Source: Leucoraja erinacea (taxonomy: Eukaryota). From it: a stretch of DNA of 64,000 nt. The DNA is taken from NCBI RefSeq assembly GCF_028641065.1, contig NC_073382.1, forward strand, positions 65,968,001 to 66,032,000, given 5' to 3'. Below the pieces are notes generated by a model. The model did not search any database and was not told the origin of the DNA. It was given only the letters and a program-made list of their open reading frames with translations. Positions 1 through 10,640 of this stretch are shown here, in pieces; within the stretch, counting starts at the first letter, position 1; each line of letters starts with the position of its first letter. The position numbers were made by a program, and so were the translations under genes.

Positions 1-149
1 ATGGACAGGTGTTGCATCACCAGCGGTTGCAGGGAAAAGTACCTGCGGATGGGGTTCTAATGTGGACCACCTGCTATTTTGAAATAATGCCCTCGTTTTT
101 TCCCCACCTACCAGTGGAAACATCCTCTTGGCGTCCAGTCCCCGTCAGA

Positions 150-1215
150 AACGTGATTGTTTCAATAAGATCACCTCACATTTTTCTACACTCCAGTGTG
201 CAATGGGCCAAACATGCTCAAACTGTCTTCATGCATCAACTCATTCACCACAGTAATTAATGGGGTGAATCTTCTCGACACCGGCCCAGATATAGGTGCA
301 TACTTCCTTAAATTTGGTGACCAAAACTGAATGCTGTACTGTAGGTGTGTTCTTCAGTGCGCTGCAAATTTGCACTGATACCTTCTTACTTTTCTATTCC
401 TTATTCCCTGTAACTAAGGTCAACATTAATTTCCTAATATACTTGAATCTTTTTGTGTTTCATTTAGTTGAAAAACCTAATCGCTTTATACTGCTGCAAT
501 ATTTTTGGTATCATTTGGTTTAACAAATAAATGTGAAGGGAATGGGCAGACAAAGATTTTGCTCAGAACCCTTTTTCAGATTGATAAGAGTCGGGGGAGA
601 AAGTTTGAAAGAGGTTGGGATGGGGCAAAGGGAAGCGGGGTTGTTACCTTACCCGTTGAGTTCCTCCAGACTTGGTGTTTTGCTTAAGATTCCAGCAACA
701 GCGCTTGCGTTTCCATTAAAAATAATTTGATTTTAAAAAAAAAATCCTTTCAAAGCAATAATTTCACAATTTCTCAATTAATACTGCACCTGCAACTCAT
801 CTATCTGTATATCCTTTTGCAGGCTCTTTGTGTATTCCCCACAGCTTGTTAGCTGACCTGTTCTGTATCACCACCAAATTATTTACAATACACTAAATCC
901 CTTCATTCAAGTCAGAAATATAGATAATAAATAGATGTTTAACATTAATCCCTGTGGCACTCCAGTAGTCACTAATTGCCATTTTATTAATGACCCATTT
1001 ATCTCAATTCTCTATTATCTGCTAATTAGGCACTTCTCTGACCAAGACACAAAATTACCCCAAGCCCTATGTGCTCTTCTGTGAAAACCTATATTGTGCA
1101 CTTCATCAAATGCCTTCAAATAGACTACATCTGCTGGTTCCCCTTTATCCACCTCACTTTTTAAATCCTCAGAACTGTAACACGATTATCAATGATCTTT
1201 TTTTCACAATGTCAT
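150..1215 (-). mobile_element. Old, decayed CR1-type LINE fragment(s), RT to 3' region
   Basis: Degenerate matches to the CR1 copies at 13345-14255 and 38148-38610 (e.g. 'tcaataagatcacctcacatttttcta', 'aaatttggtgaccaaaactg', 'ccctgtggcactccagtagtcact'). Boundaries approximate. Confidence 0.6.
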
Positions 1216-1584
1216 ATTCTGTCTCCCTTCTTGCTGTATGAATAAATGCAAATGCTACCAGATCCAATGCAGTTACATTTGATGGGCCCTCATTGACCTT
1301 CAGTAGCTCAAACGCAGCCTTGTGCATGCCTGGGCAACTTCAATGGCCAAGGTCAATGGCTCCTTTATTATCATGTAACAAGGTACAGTGAGATTATTTT
1401 TATGCATATAGATCAGCAATGTAATTGCCATACATAAGTACAATTCCTGGTTAGGACATAAGGCAAAGAAGCAGCGCAATGAGTCTACATGCAATAGTCA
1501 TCAGGTATACGTGCCATTCATAAATCTCTGTACAGACATTACAGACCTTTCAGCTTTCTAGGCTTAGCATCATTCCAGATTGTA

Positions 1585-2290
1585 CCCGGACGTGGCGTCT
1601 AAGGACGAGAAGCCGAAGCAAAGAATTGGAAGCCAAATAACCGAATCAAAATGAAACCGAACCGCCAAATAACCGAAAGCGAACAAAGCCAAAACGCCAA
1701 CTAACTGAAAGGCTGCATCGCCTAAAAGCAAACTCAGTGAAAGGCCGCTCTGCCGAAAAGTCAGATAACGGAGATAACGTCGCCGGGGGTGGGGGCGAGA
1801 CTTGTCAGCGATTGGTCCAGACCCCGCGTGTCCATCACATCACTGGCTGGTGGAGACGAGAGGGTGGGGGTCAATTTCCCACACAAGCCATAGGTGACTG
1901 GGCACTCTGAACCCGAGCACCAAGTTGTAAGCGGCCGAAGGAGCGCATCCCTCGGGACAGCCCCCACTCTCCCACGGCCACGGCCGCCCTCCGCCTCGTC
2001 TCCCCCGTGCGGCCGCACTGTGACGTGCTGTGTGTCGGCAGCGCCGGGTGGAGCAGAGGTGTGGGACAGGCTGGTCCCTCTGCCCACCCAGAGGGACCAA
2101 CCGCGATGCACCGCCATCGGACCCCAACCCCCACACCAGGGTGTTTCACACCCCTCCCCCCCCCCCCCTGACCCACACACGGGGTGATTTACCCCCTGAC
2201 ACCCATACACGGGGTGATTTACCCCATGACACCCACACCGGGTGATTCACCCCCACCCCGGCCGTGGGGACAGACGGCTCGGGGCATTGG
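1585..2290. repeat. Unclassified CpG-rich repeat with (A)ACCGAA sub-repeats and a ~25-bp tandem array
   Basis: 'ccaaataaccgaa'/'ccgaa' motifs recur over 1610-1760; GC-rich middle; 'acccacacacggggtgatttacccc' repeated about 3 times at 2170-2250. Sharp compositional contrast with flanks. Confidence 0.5.
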
Positions 2291-2321
2291 CAGTCATAGT
2301 AAATTGCTTTTAAAACATGAG

Positions 2322-2465
2322 GACACACACAAATTCCCTGGCTGGAGTAACTCAGCAGAACAAGCAGCATCTCTGGAGAGAAGGGATGGGTGACATTTCG
2401 GGTCGAGACCATTATTCAGACCTGAAGACTGAGTCTGAAAGGTCTTGACCCGAAACGTCACCCAT
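2322..2465. mobile_element. Penelope-derived palindromic element fragment with degenerate hammerhead cores
   Basis: 'gctggagtaactcagc...gggtgacatttcgggtcgagacc...ttcag' followed by the inverted 'ctgaaaggtcttgacccgaaacgtcaccc'; same family as 20040-20561. Confidence 0.7.
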
Positions 2466-3552
2466 CATGTGACGACATCCGCATTAAAGTCACTATTTCA
2501 CCTATGATAAAAAGGCTTTTCAAGTTAAGGGTTAATCAAAAGCTGTGTTCCAACTCGGGAATGGTTTGTGCCTGTCATTTTACTTTATGTAGGGAATATG
2601 ATTAAGCCCCAATCCTAAATAATTTGCAACATTTTGTGAAATTAATTCCAAATCTTTTTTAAGAAACAATAAAGAATGGTAACTTGATCAATGTAACAAT
2701 GGCATTTGAAAATTTAGATCTTTATATAATGTAGTTACAACAAATGGCATCAGTTGTTCAGTCCAAGAACTGCACTGCTGAACATCAATCCAAGCAGTTG
2801 TGTTGTTACACTCAATATAGAAATATGACTTCAAATTATTTTCATTAATTTGAGCCATTTTTCCAGCAGTAGTGACAGCTTGTTCAGTAATGACTAATGG
2901 CATGGGAATAAGAATCGTGTTTAATAATCCGGACCAACTCCATGCTGTAGTTATCCCAGCATAATTTGTACTGGAACTCCTGTCAATTCCTAGCTTAGTG
3001 TGCTGAGATGCGAAATTGCCATTTGGTGTTCAATGTATGTAATAACCGCAGATGAGAGTAGAAGATTGCAAGATATCAATATAAGATGACAGGAATTATC
3101 ATCTTAGGTGAAAAATAAACTGCGTGCTCTGCATCGATGAGATGTAGTCGGTGTTAAAAAGTAGGCCTGATTATTAATGGCACCACTTCTCATCCCATCT
3201 GCATGTTGCTCCTGAATTACTCCCCAGTCGCTTGGCTGGTCACACAGAAGGAGAGGGCAGTGGAGTACAGGGCTCCTCTTTGAGTATTGATCACTTGGGC
3301 TCTAGGGTGAGTACATGATTGATTCTATCAATTTCTATCACAGGAACCATAAAGCAAAATGTAAAACTGAAGGCACTTCCTTTCACACTGCCACTCACCC
3401 ATGACACCCTTCCTCTCCACCACCTCCATCCTGAATCCCAATCTAAACCAGAGATCTTGACTTTTTTTTTCCCCAGGTCATTCTGAAGTCTTGTGTCACT
3501 CAGCATCAACCCACCAAATTGAGTTGCTGCCATACAGCGCCAAAGACCCTGG

Positions 3553-3840
3553 TTTAGTTTAGTTTACCGAGGTACACTGAAAAGCTTTTGTTGCGTGCTA
3601 ACCAGTCAACAGAAAGACAATACATACAATACGATATGATAATTATAATCGATCCATTTATAGTGTATAGATACATGATAAGGGAATAGCGTTTAGTGTA
3701 AGGTAAAGCCAGCAAAGTCCGATCAAGGATAGTCTGAGGGATATCAAAGAGGTAGATAGTAGTTCAGCACAGCTCTATGGCTGTGGTAGGATGATTCAGT
3801 TGCCCAATAACAACTGGGAAGAAACTGTCGCTAAATGTAG
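3553..3840 (-). mobile_element. Rex/Babar-type LINE 3' fragment
   Basis: 'agtttagtttaccgaggtacactgaaaagc' tail and 'aactgggaagaaactgtc' resembling the SFFP-A C-terminus of the Rex-type RTs elsewhere in the window. Confidence 0.6.
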
Positions 3841-3865
3841 TGTTTGATCCTGACTATGGATGCCT

Positions 3866-4635
3866 TCTTAGGTGGCGCCGTCAGTGATGTCTGTATTTTT
3901 GTTGTTATTTTTAGTGTGTTTTAAAAAGCGTGGTAATGTTCTGTGGTTTGTTTTTGTGTGGGGGGGGGGGGGTGGGGGGGGGGGGGGGGGGGGTGGCAGT
4001 GGTCGGGGGGGAAAATTTTTTTTTTTCAATCACATACCTTGTCGGAGATGCGATTGTTTTCCGGATCGTATCTCTGGTCGCTCTGTGGCCTAACATCATG
4101 GACCTAGAGGCTTTGCTCGAGACTGACTTTGAGCCCCATCGAGGGGCCATGGACTTGCCATCGAAGCCTGCGATCCTTTGCTTGAGATCGACGCTCCAAC
4201 TGCGGCCTGCGGATTTTAACATCGAGGAGCTCGTAGTCTCGAGTAGAGACTGATGTCAGAAAACTCCAAAGTCGTAGGAGGTTCGACTAGCCCTGACCCA
4301 GGGTCCCATTGCCCAGCGTGGGGAGCTGAGAACCCCACGATGCGGGAGCTTGATCGACCCGACACGGAGGGCCCGACCGCCAACTACGGGAGCCAAGATC
4401 GTCTCGTTAACATAAGTTTTGACACCGACTGCGGGAGAACAAAGAAGGGAAGAAATTTAACTTTTTTTTCACCTTACGTCACAATGAGGAATGTGGAGGA
4501 ATCACTGTGGTGGACGTTTATGTTACAATTTATTTTGTGTGTTTTGTTGCTTTTTATAGGTATGACTGTATGCCAAATCAAATTCCTTGTATGTTGCAAA
4601 TCATACTTGGCTAATAAAGTATGATTATGGTTATT
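3866..4635 (+). mobile_element. Non-autonomous retroposon with a Rex/Babar-like 3' tail
   Basis: Ends 'caaattccttgtatgttgcaaatcatacttggctaataaagtatgattatg', matching the 3' tail of the LINE at 53865-54812 (sense 'caaattccttgtatgtgaatacttggccaataaa'). CpG-rich non-coding body. Confidence 0.6.
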
Positions 4636-5077
4636 CTGTACGCAGTTTGTATGTTCTCCCTGTATCTGAGTGGGTTTTCTCGGGGTGAAGGGCCTGTTTC
4701 CCCGTTGTCTAAATTACTAAAACTCTGTTCTTGACCGCTTTTGGCCCACTGTGCTGCGATTTCCGACAGAACGTCACCACCTACGGCCGTCACTTTTGGC
4801 CACCTCGCTCAGAGCCCCCCTCCGCCTTACGGGTGCAGAGGATTTTTCCCATCGATGACAAATCAGAGAGATATTAATGTTTTTTAAAAAAATCACCATT
4901 CTCTCTGCTGCCCTTGCTGGAGGGAGGGGGAGGGACTATAAAACCAGGAAGTGGTGTGCCTCACTCAGTCTCTGCAAGATGGATGAAGCCAAGGGTAACG
5001 TCTCTCTGAGCTCTGAATAAAACTGAACAAATGCCTACACAACTGTGAGTCCCCTTAATGTGGTTTGAAAATGAAAA

Positions 5078-5312
5078 TATGGGTTGTTTGAAGTAAAAAG
5101 GCACTGCCTGCAAATGGTTGTTTGGGTGCTTTGGTTTGAAGTTGAAAGGCACTAACTGCAAATGGCGTCTTGGGTGCTTTGGCTTGAAGTTGAAAGGCAC
5201 TACTTACTGCAAATGGAGGCTTGGGTGCTTTGGCTTGTAGTTGAAAGGCACTACTTACTGCAAATGGTGGCTTGGGTGCTTTGGCTTGAAGTTAAAAGGC
5301 ACTACTGCAAAT
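5078..5312. repeat. Minisatellite, 47-51 bp unit, about 4.5 copies, inside Helitron copy 1
   Basis: 'aaatgg..cttgggtgctttggcttgaagttgaaaggcactacttactgc' starting at 5113, 5160, 5211, 5262. Confidence 0.9.
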
Positions 5313-5687
5313 GCACTTACTTCCTGTTTGCAGTGTATATTGATTTTAGATAAAACGCTACCACTTACGGCTGTAATTTTTGGCCATTGTATTCTCTGCT
5401 GTGCAGGTGCTGAGAATTCTTTCCATCAATGAAAAATAAAAGTGTTATTAGTGTTTAAAAAATGTCGAGAATCTCTCTCCTGTCAATCATGCCATGAAAG
5501 CCACACCTTTTCCAGTGGGAGGGGGAGGGGTTATAAAACCCGGAAGTGTGGGTATGGCTCAGTCTCTGCATGTTGGGGGAGGGAGAGGTCACGACTCTGT
5601 CTGAGCTGTGAATCAACTGAACACACTAAATGTCTACTGAACTGTGAGTTTGGTGTTTTGTGTGGTTTTATGGTGGTTTCACTCTGG

Positions 5688-5890
5688 ATGAAATGGTATG
5701 ACACTGCACTTGAATTTGGTGGCCTTGGATCCAGCTTGAAGTGGTTGGAAACTGCACTTGAATTCGGTGGCCTTGCACCCTGCTGAAAGTGGTATGACAC
5801 TGCACTTGAATTTGGTGGCCTTGGATCCAGCTTGAAGTGGTATGAAACTGCACTTAAATTTGGTGGCCTTGCAACCTGCATGAAATGGAA
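5688..5890. repeat. Minisatellite, ~48 bp unit, about 4 copies, inside Helitron copy 1
   Basis: 'tgaagtggtatgaaactgcacttgaatttggtggccttg' repeated; same unit at 60117-60340. Confidence 0.9.
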
Positions 5891-6361
5891 TTTCAAGGAA
5901 TAGTCATGAGTCAACTGCCAGCCCACCAGCCGTGAGTGAGTTGCCGGCAGATCAGGCTTGAGGGACTGAGCTGCCACCCCAAGAACTCATACCAGCAGGA
6001 GAGGTGGAATATTGCATCGGGGGACCAGCTTGAAGTGGTATGAACGGGTCCCACTTAGTCTAGTATCTCCTAAAGTCTAAAATCAGTCTTGGTGATCTGT
6101 AACATCTTCGTGGAGCTTGGATAACTGCTGGCATAAATGATGCAAAGGCTGGAAGATTTCTTGCTCACAGCAACATGGCAAGTAGATTAATTGGAAAGCT
6201 GGCAGGCATAGTGATGCTGGTCCACGAGGGCAATGAACAAGGGAACAACCCAAAAATACAGTAAATTACGACAATTATTGCAGTAACTGCCAATCGTAAG
6301 TTAGTTGAACGCCCCATTGCGAAAGAAAGCTCTCCTATAGCTGGAAGAATGTATTGTTGGG

Positions 6362-6596
6362 NNNNNNNNNNNNNNNNNNNNNNNNNNNNNNNNNNNNNNN
6401 NNNNNNNNNNNNNNNNNNNNNNNNNNNNNNNNNNNNNNNNNNNNNNNNNNNNNNNNNNNNNNNNNNNNNNNNNNNNNNNNNNNNNNNNNNNNNNNNNNNN
6501 NNNNNNNNNNNNNNNNNNNNNNNNNNNNNNNNNNNNNNNNNNNNNNNNNNNNNNNNNNNNNNNNNNNNNNNNNNNNNNNNNNNNNNNNNNNNNNNN
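6362..6596. other. Assembly gap (N run)
   Basis: Run of N. Confidence 1.
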
Positions 6597-6959
6597 TGGC
6601 TGACTATCCAGGAGAGCTCAATCCCCAGCATTATTGGTAAGTGTTGGGTGCAATTAGCCAATATTGGTTGACTTATCAGCTTTTCCCCTATAAAACCCAG
6701 GCATTCTAGCCAGAGGGGCGATGATGAGAAACTATTCCTTCACTTGCTACCCACAGTGAAACTGACAAACTGCCCTTGAGACAATGCTGTCTGATTACCG
6801 TGAGACTATTACGCGGCTTTTGTTTTACCAAGACAACTTTTTTTTTGTCTGCTTGTCAATTTCCAAAGTAACTCTTAAGTGGCTCTCCAATTCCTGATTG
6901 AAATTACATATTAACTCATCGTCCACTTATTACAAATAGAGATCCCTAGTCCTAGTCAC

Positions 6960-7615
6960 TAATCCAGCATAGCAAAGTGTGCAGTCATGCATTTCGGTAG
7001 TAGGAGTAAAGATTTGGACTATTTTCCCAATGGAGAGAGGATTCAGAAATCAGAGGTGCAAAGGGACTTGGGAGTGTTGGAGCAGTATTCCCAATAGATT
7101 AATTTGCAAGTTGAATCAGTAGTAGGTAATGTTACTGTCTGAAGGGTCTCGACCCAAAACTCACTTCTTAATTTTCTCCATAGATGCTGCCTGACCCACT
7201 AAGTTGCTCCAGTATTTTGTGTCTATCTTCATAATTAATATTAGCATTTATTTCAAGAGGACTTGCATATAAATTCATTTAAAGAGGACTAGCATACAAA
7301 TTTGTTTCACTTGCACTTTATGTGGCTTCTCTAACTTCAAGGGCTACTTAAAGTTAGAAAAGTCAATGTTCATACCGCTAGGAAATTTCTTTAGTCAGTG
7401 GGTGGTGAATCTGTAGAATGCATTGCCACAGGTGGCTGTGGAGGCTATCAATGGATATTTTTAAGGTGGAAATTGACAGATTCTTGAATCGTATTGGAGG
7501 TTATGGGGAGAAGGCAGGAGAACAAGGTTGAGAGGGAAAGATAGATCAGCCATGATGAAATGGTGGAGTTGACTTGATGGGCCAAATGGCCTAACTCTGC
7601 ACCTGTGACTTACAA
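6960..7615 (+). mobile_element. Decayed CR1 3' fragment interrupted by a Penelope-derived piece (~7135-7230)
   Basis: 'aagtgtgcagtcatgcatttcggtag', 'gtgcaaagggacttgggagtg', 'gtggtgaatctgtagaatgcattgccacag' and 3' end 'gatgggccaaatggcctaactctgc'. Confidence 0.75.
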
Positions 7616-7639
7616 GCTTTTAATTAGGTCTTAGTTAGA

Positions 7640-8700
7640 TGCCGAAAGAGAAAGTTGTCAGATAACATTTGACAAAAGCCACAAATTTTAAAGCGGAGAT
7701 GTTAGTGCAGTCAAAGAGGTGGGTACAATGGGTGTTTTGAAGGAGAAATGTGAGGTGGAGAGATGTTGAGAGGAAATGAGAGAACAGGGCCTCGGTGGCT
7801 GAGGGCAGGGCTGCTGCTGGAGTGAGTAAACATAGAAACATAGAAAGTAGGTGCGAGAGCAGACCACCAGGTCCATCGAGCCCGCACCGCCATTCGCTCA
7901 TGGCTGAACACTAAACAGACACACTTACCCACAAACAGTAGACACAAGACACAGAACACAAGACACTACCCTCCCCTTTATACCGCTATCACCCCTCTCC
8001 ACCCCAAGAACCTCGTGATCTCCTGGGGGAGGCAAAAAACCGGATAAAAACCCAGGTCCAATTCGGGAAAAAAATCCGGGAAATTCCTCTCCGACCCCAA
8101 TCTAGGCGATCGACACTTGTCCAGGAGATCACTCAGGTCTTACTATACTAACCATACCTAGGTCCATATCCCTGCCCTCTCCCCGTAGCCCCTTATCCCC
8201 TTGGCAGCTAAAAAACCATCTATTTTAGTCTTCCATGTATTATTGGAGTTATCCCAGATATGCTGGGCTGCTGCTGATTACTGTGGTATGGAGGTGAGAG
8301 GTGACGAAGGGATTTGAAACTAAGGAGGAACATTTTAAGATAGCAGAGTAGCTTAGTTGATACGGTGCATAGATCTTTAAATGTAGAGTTATGGATATGG
8401 TGTGATTTATACATAGTCTGCTGCTTTTTGGATGATCTGAAATGGACAGGCATTGGAATGATGGACGAGGGCACTGAAATGGTTAAATGCAGAATTTACT
8501 AAGGGCTTAGATTTGGATTCTTATAGCAAATTAGTTGATGCATTACCGTATGTTGCACAGGTAGACATAGGTGGGTGTGGTGGTGACATTGATAAACGAT
8601 TTGAATATACGTCAAAGTCAATCTGGCTCTAAGCTGGCAAAACCATCTGTTTCAGTTTCAGAAAGAGGAGTCTGTGATTAGGGAACAGAGTTTGTGATGG
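7640..8700 (-). mobile_element. Old L2-like LINE fragment split by the CR1 at 7828-8232
   Basis: Purine-rich decayed RT 3' sequence resembling the reverse complement of 48470-48900. Heavily degenerate. Confidence 0.4.
7828..8232 (-). mobile_element. Young CR1 3' end with an extended, structured 3' UTR
   Basis: (aacatagaa)n tail, terminal CR1-type stem 'gaccaccaggtc', many intact CpGs; internal nested inverted repeats at 8015-8132. Confidence 0.75.
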
Positions 8701-9065
8701 GGCTTGGGACCATTGTGGAAGATCTTCCATTGCCCTACAACAGCTCTACACCTGCCGCTTTGTCCTAATTTTTTTCAGCCTGCTCCCGAGTGTAGATTTA
8801 CATCTGCCAGCAATTTGGCCTGACTATACAGCAAGTGGGCTTTCTCAGTGCAGGCAGTCAGATGCATTTACAGAACTCCTTGTAACTCCTTTGAGAACTC
8901 CTTCAATCGGAATGACAGACTGTCAAAGCAATCAACATAAATAGGGCCATTCAAGGCTTGTCTTTGACATTTACAAATGGTCAGCAGCAATTGGGACAAA
9001 CAAAAAAATGGTTAAGATAATTAAGTTTTTTTTTCTTTATATTCATTAAACTTTGTTCGCTCGTG

Positions 9066-9201
9066 TGTCAGACGACATTTAGCTCGCCGGCTTCTGTCGT
9101 CGTTCAACATGTTGACAGAATTGGTCGCCCAGCATTTCACAGAGTGCATCGTCTCATAGTTTCTGGGGATCGCTACGAGGAGGCTTCTGTCATGATCCCC
9201 A
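9066..9201 (-). repeat. ~140-bp dispersed repeat of unknown class (second copy at 43122-43260)
   Basis: Reverse complement aligns end to end with 43122-43260 ('tggggatcatgacagaagc...ttctgtcaacatgttg...tgtcgtctgaca'). Confidence 0.85.
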
Positions 9202-9259
9202 TTCATTAAACTAAAACACACCCATTTAAAAAAAGATTAAGTCTATACTTAATAGTAAA

Positions 9260-9594
9260 TCTATATACAGGTACTATTAAAAGTCTCATCTTGTATGTAT
9301 GTATGTATATACATATGTTATTCACACACCCCCGCACCCCCTCCCCTGTGTTATTCACACCCCTCACCCCCTCCCCCGGGTTATTCATGATTAAAGTTTA
9401 AAAAACAAAACAAAACCACCTTTTAAAATACCGGTTTCCAGTGACGTCACAATGCCCCCCCACCCCCAACGGTACAGTGAAACAGAATATTCCACCACCT
9501 TCCAGTGACGTCAGGGGGCGGGCCTCATTTCAAAATCAGCTTCAGCAGCTCCCCAACGCACACCGTTGGGGGAGCAGCTCTGCACTTGGTCTAG
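9260..9594 (+). mobile_element. Non-autonomous Helitron-like element (copy 2, short)
   Basis: A|TCTATATAC...TACTATTAAAAGTCTCATCTTG start; 3' hairpin (ccccaacg/cgttgggg) then cacttggt-CTAG|T. An alternative TC start exists at 9242. Confidence 0.75.
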
Positions 9595-10414
9595 TAACAT
9601 TTTTAAATGTGTATTTTAGATCTCCAGTTTTTGCTTTTCAAGTAGTCACCTTTATTGAGAAAAGTGAAGTTCCCCATTCATTGGAATGATGATTATGCAT
9701 GCATCACACTTAATCCTTCACCGACTCAGAAGCATATTTTCCAGCTTGAGAGCTGAATGGTGAGTTGAAGATTGCATTGTCCCAATATATTGCGTGGAGT
9801 CCTCCAGAATAATGCACGTGCAGCACAGGTAACCAGATGGAAGTGGCCTCCAGTCATCTGATCTGACACTAGTATTGGAAACCGGGACATCCATGAGGAT
9901 GTTATTACTGTTTTTTTGGGGTAGGAGAATGTCTCCAAAGATGTGCACAGAACACAATGTTAAAGAAACTCTGTGGGTTAGGCAACATCTCCACAGGCAA
10001 ATGGACAATGTTTCAGACTCAGTTTCTGATGAGGGGCCCTAACACAAAATGTTATTTGGAGACACAAGAATCTGCGGATATGGGAATCTTGATCAAAGCA
10101 CAAAGTGCTGGAGGAACTCAGTTGGGCAGGCAGTACCTATCGAGGGAATGGACAGATCATGATTTGGGTTGGGACTCTCCTTCAGGAGTCTGTACATTTT
10201 CCTCCGCAGATGATACCTGACCCACTGAGTTCCTCCAGCAGTTTATTTTGCTCAAGATTCCAGCACCTGTAGTCTATTGAATTGATTCTGTACTCCAATG
10301 ACGTATTTGGTTCTTCTAATATTTAGTTAGGAGTCATTTTTGCCTGTCCATTACTGTGTTTTGAGCATACAGTCTGACAAATTAGAGAGAGAGTGCAGGG
10401 ATCAAATGAAATCT

Positions 10415-10640
10415 AGAAATAAAGACAGACAATGCTGGAAGCATTCAGCAGGTCAGGTAGGATCTTTGTGAAGAGAGACTGAGTTAATGTTTCAGGTCAA
10501 AGATTATTCATCAGAACATTTATCTGTTCTGATGAGTGGTCTCTGACCAGAAATGTTAATTCTACTTCTCTTTTCACAGATTCCGTCTGACCTGGTAAGT
10601 GTTTCCAGTATATTCTGTGTTTATTTCAGATTTTCACCAC
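10415..10640. mobile_element. Older Penelope-derived palindromic element
   Basis: Imperfect inverted arms about a centre at ~10520; each arm carries CTGATGA...GAAA on its own strand. Confidence 0.7.
10529..10560 (+). ncRNA. Minimal hammerhead ribozyme core motif (PLE type)
   Basis: CTGATGA-g-TGGTC-tct-GACCA-GAAA-tgtta: catalytic core boxes plus a 5-bp stem II. Stems I and III weak. Confidence 0.45.

Larger units (their letters stand above)
4708..6063 (+). mobile_element. Non-autonomous Helitron-like element (copy 1)
   Basis: 5' TCTAAATTACTAAAACTCTGTTCTTG; 3' gggacc...ggtccc-acttagt-CTAG followed by T. Excising it restores the SINE tail (cccgttg|tatctcctaaagtctaaa) with no TSD. Confidence 0.75.
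3520..6082 (+). mobile_element. tRNA-derived SINE split into four pieces by three later insertions
   Basis: Pieces ~3520-3555, ~3841-3865, ~4636-4707 and 6064-6082 join to give a SINE colinear with the intact copy at 29545-29877 (with an internal deletion). Confidence 0.7.

Noticed and set aside
5078-5890. Regularly spaced repeats resembling a CRISPR array
   Set aside because: Units are contiguous with no unique spacers, no cas genes, and the context is vertebrate; these are minisatellites.
6335-6671. ORFs spanning the N runs (also 15551-16094)
   Set aside because: Artefacts of assembly gaps.
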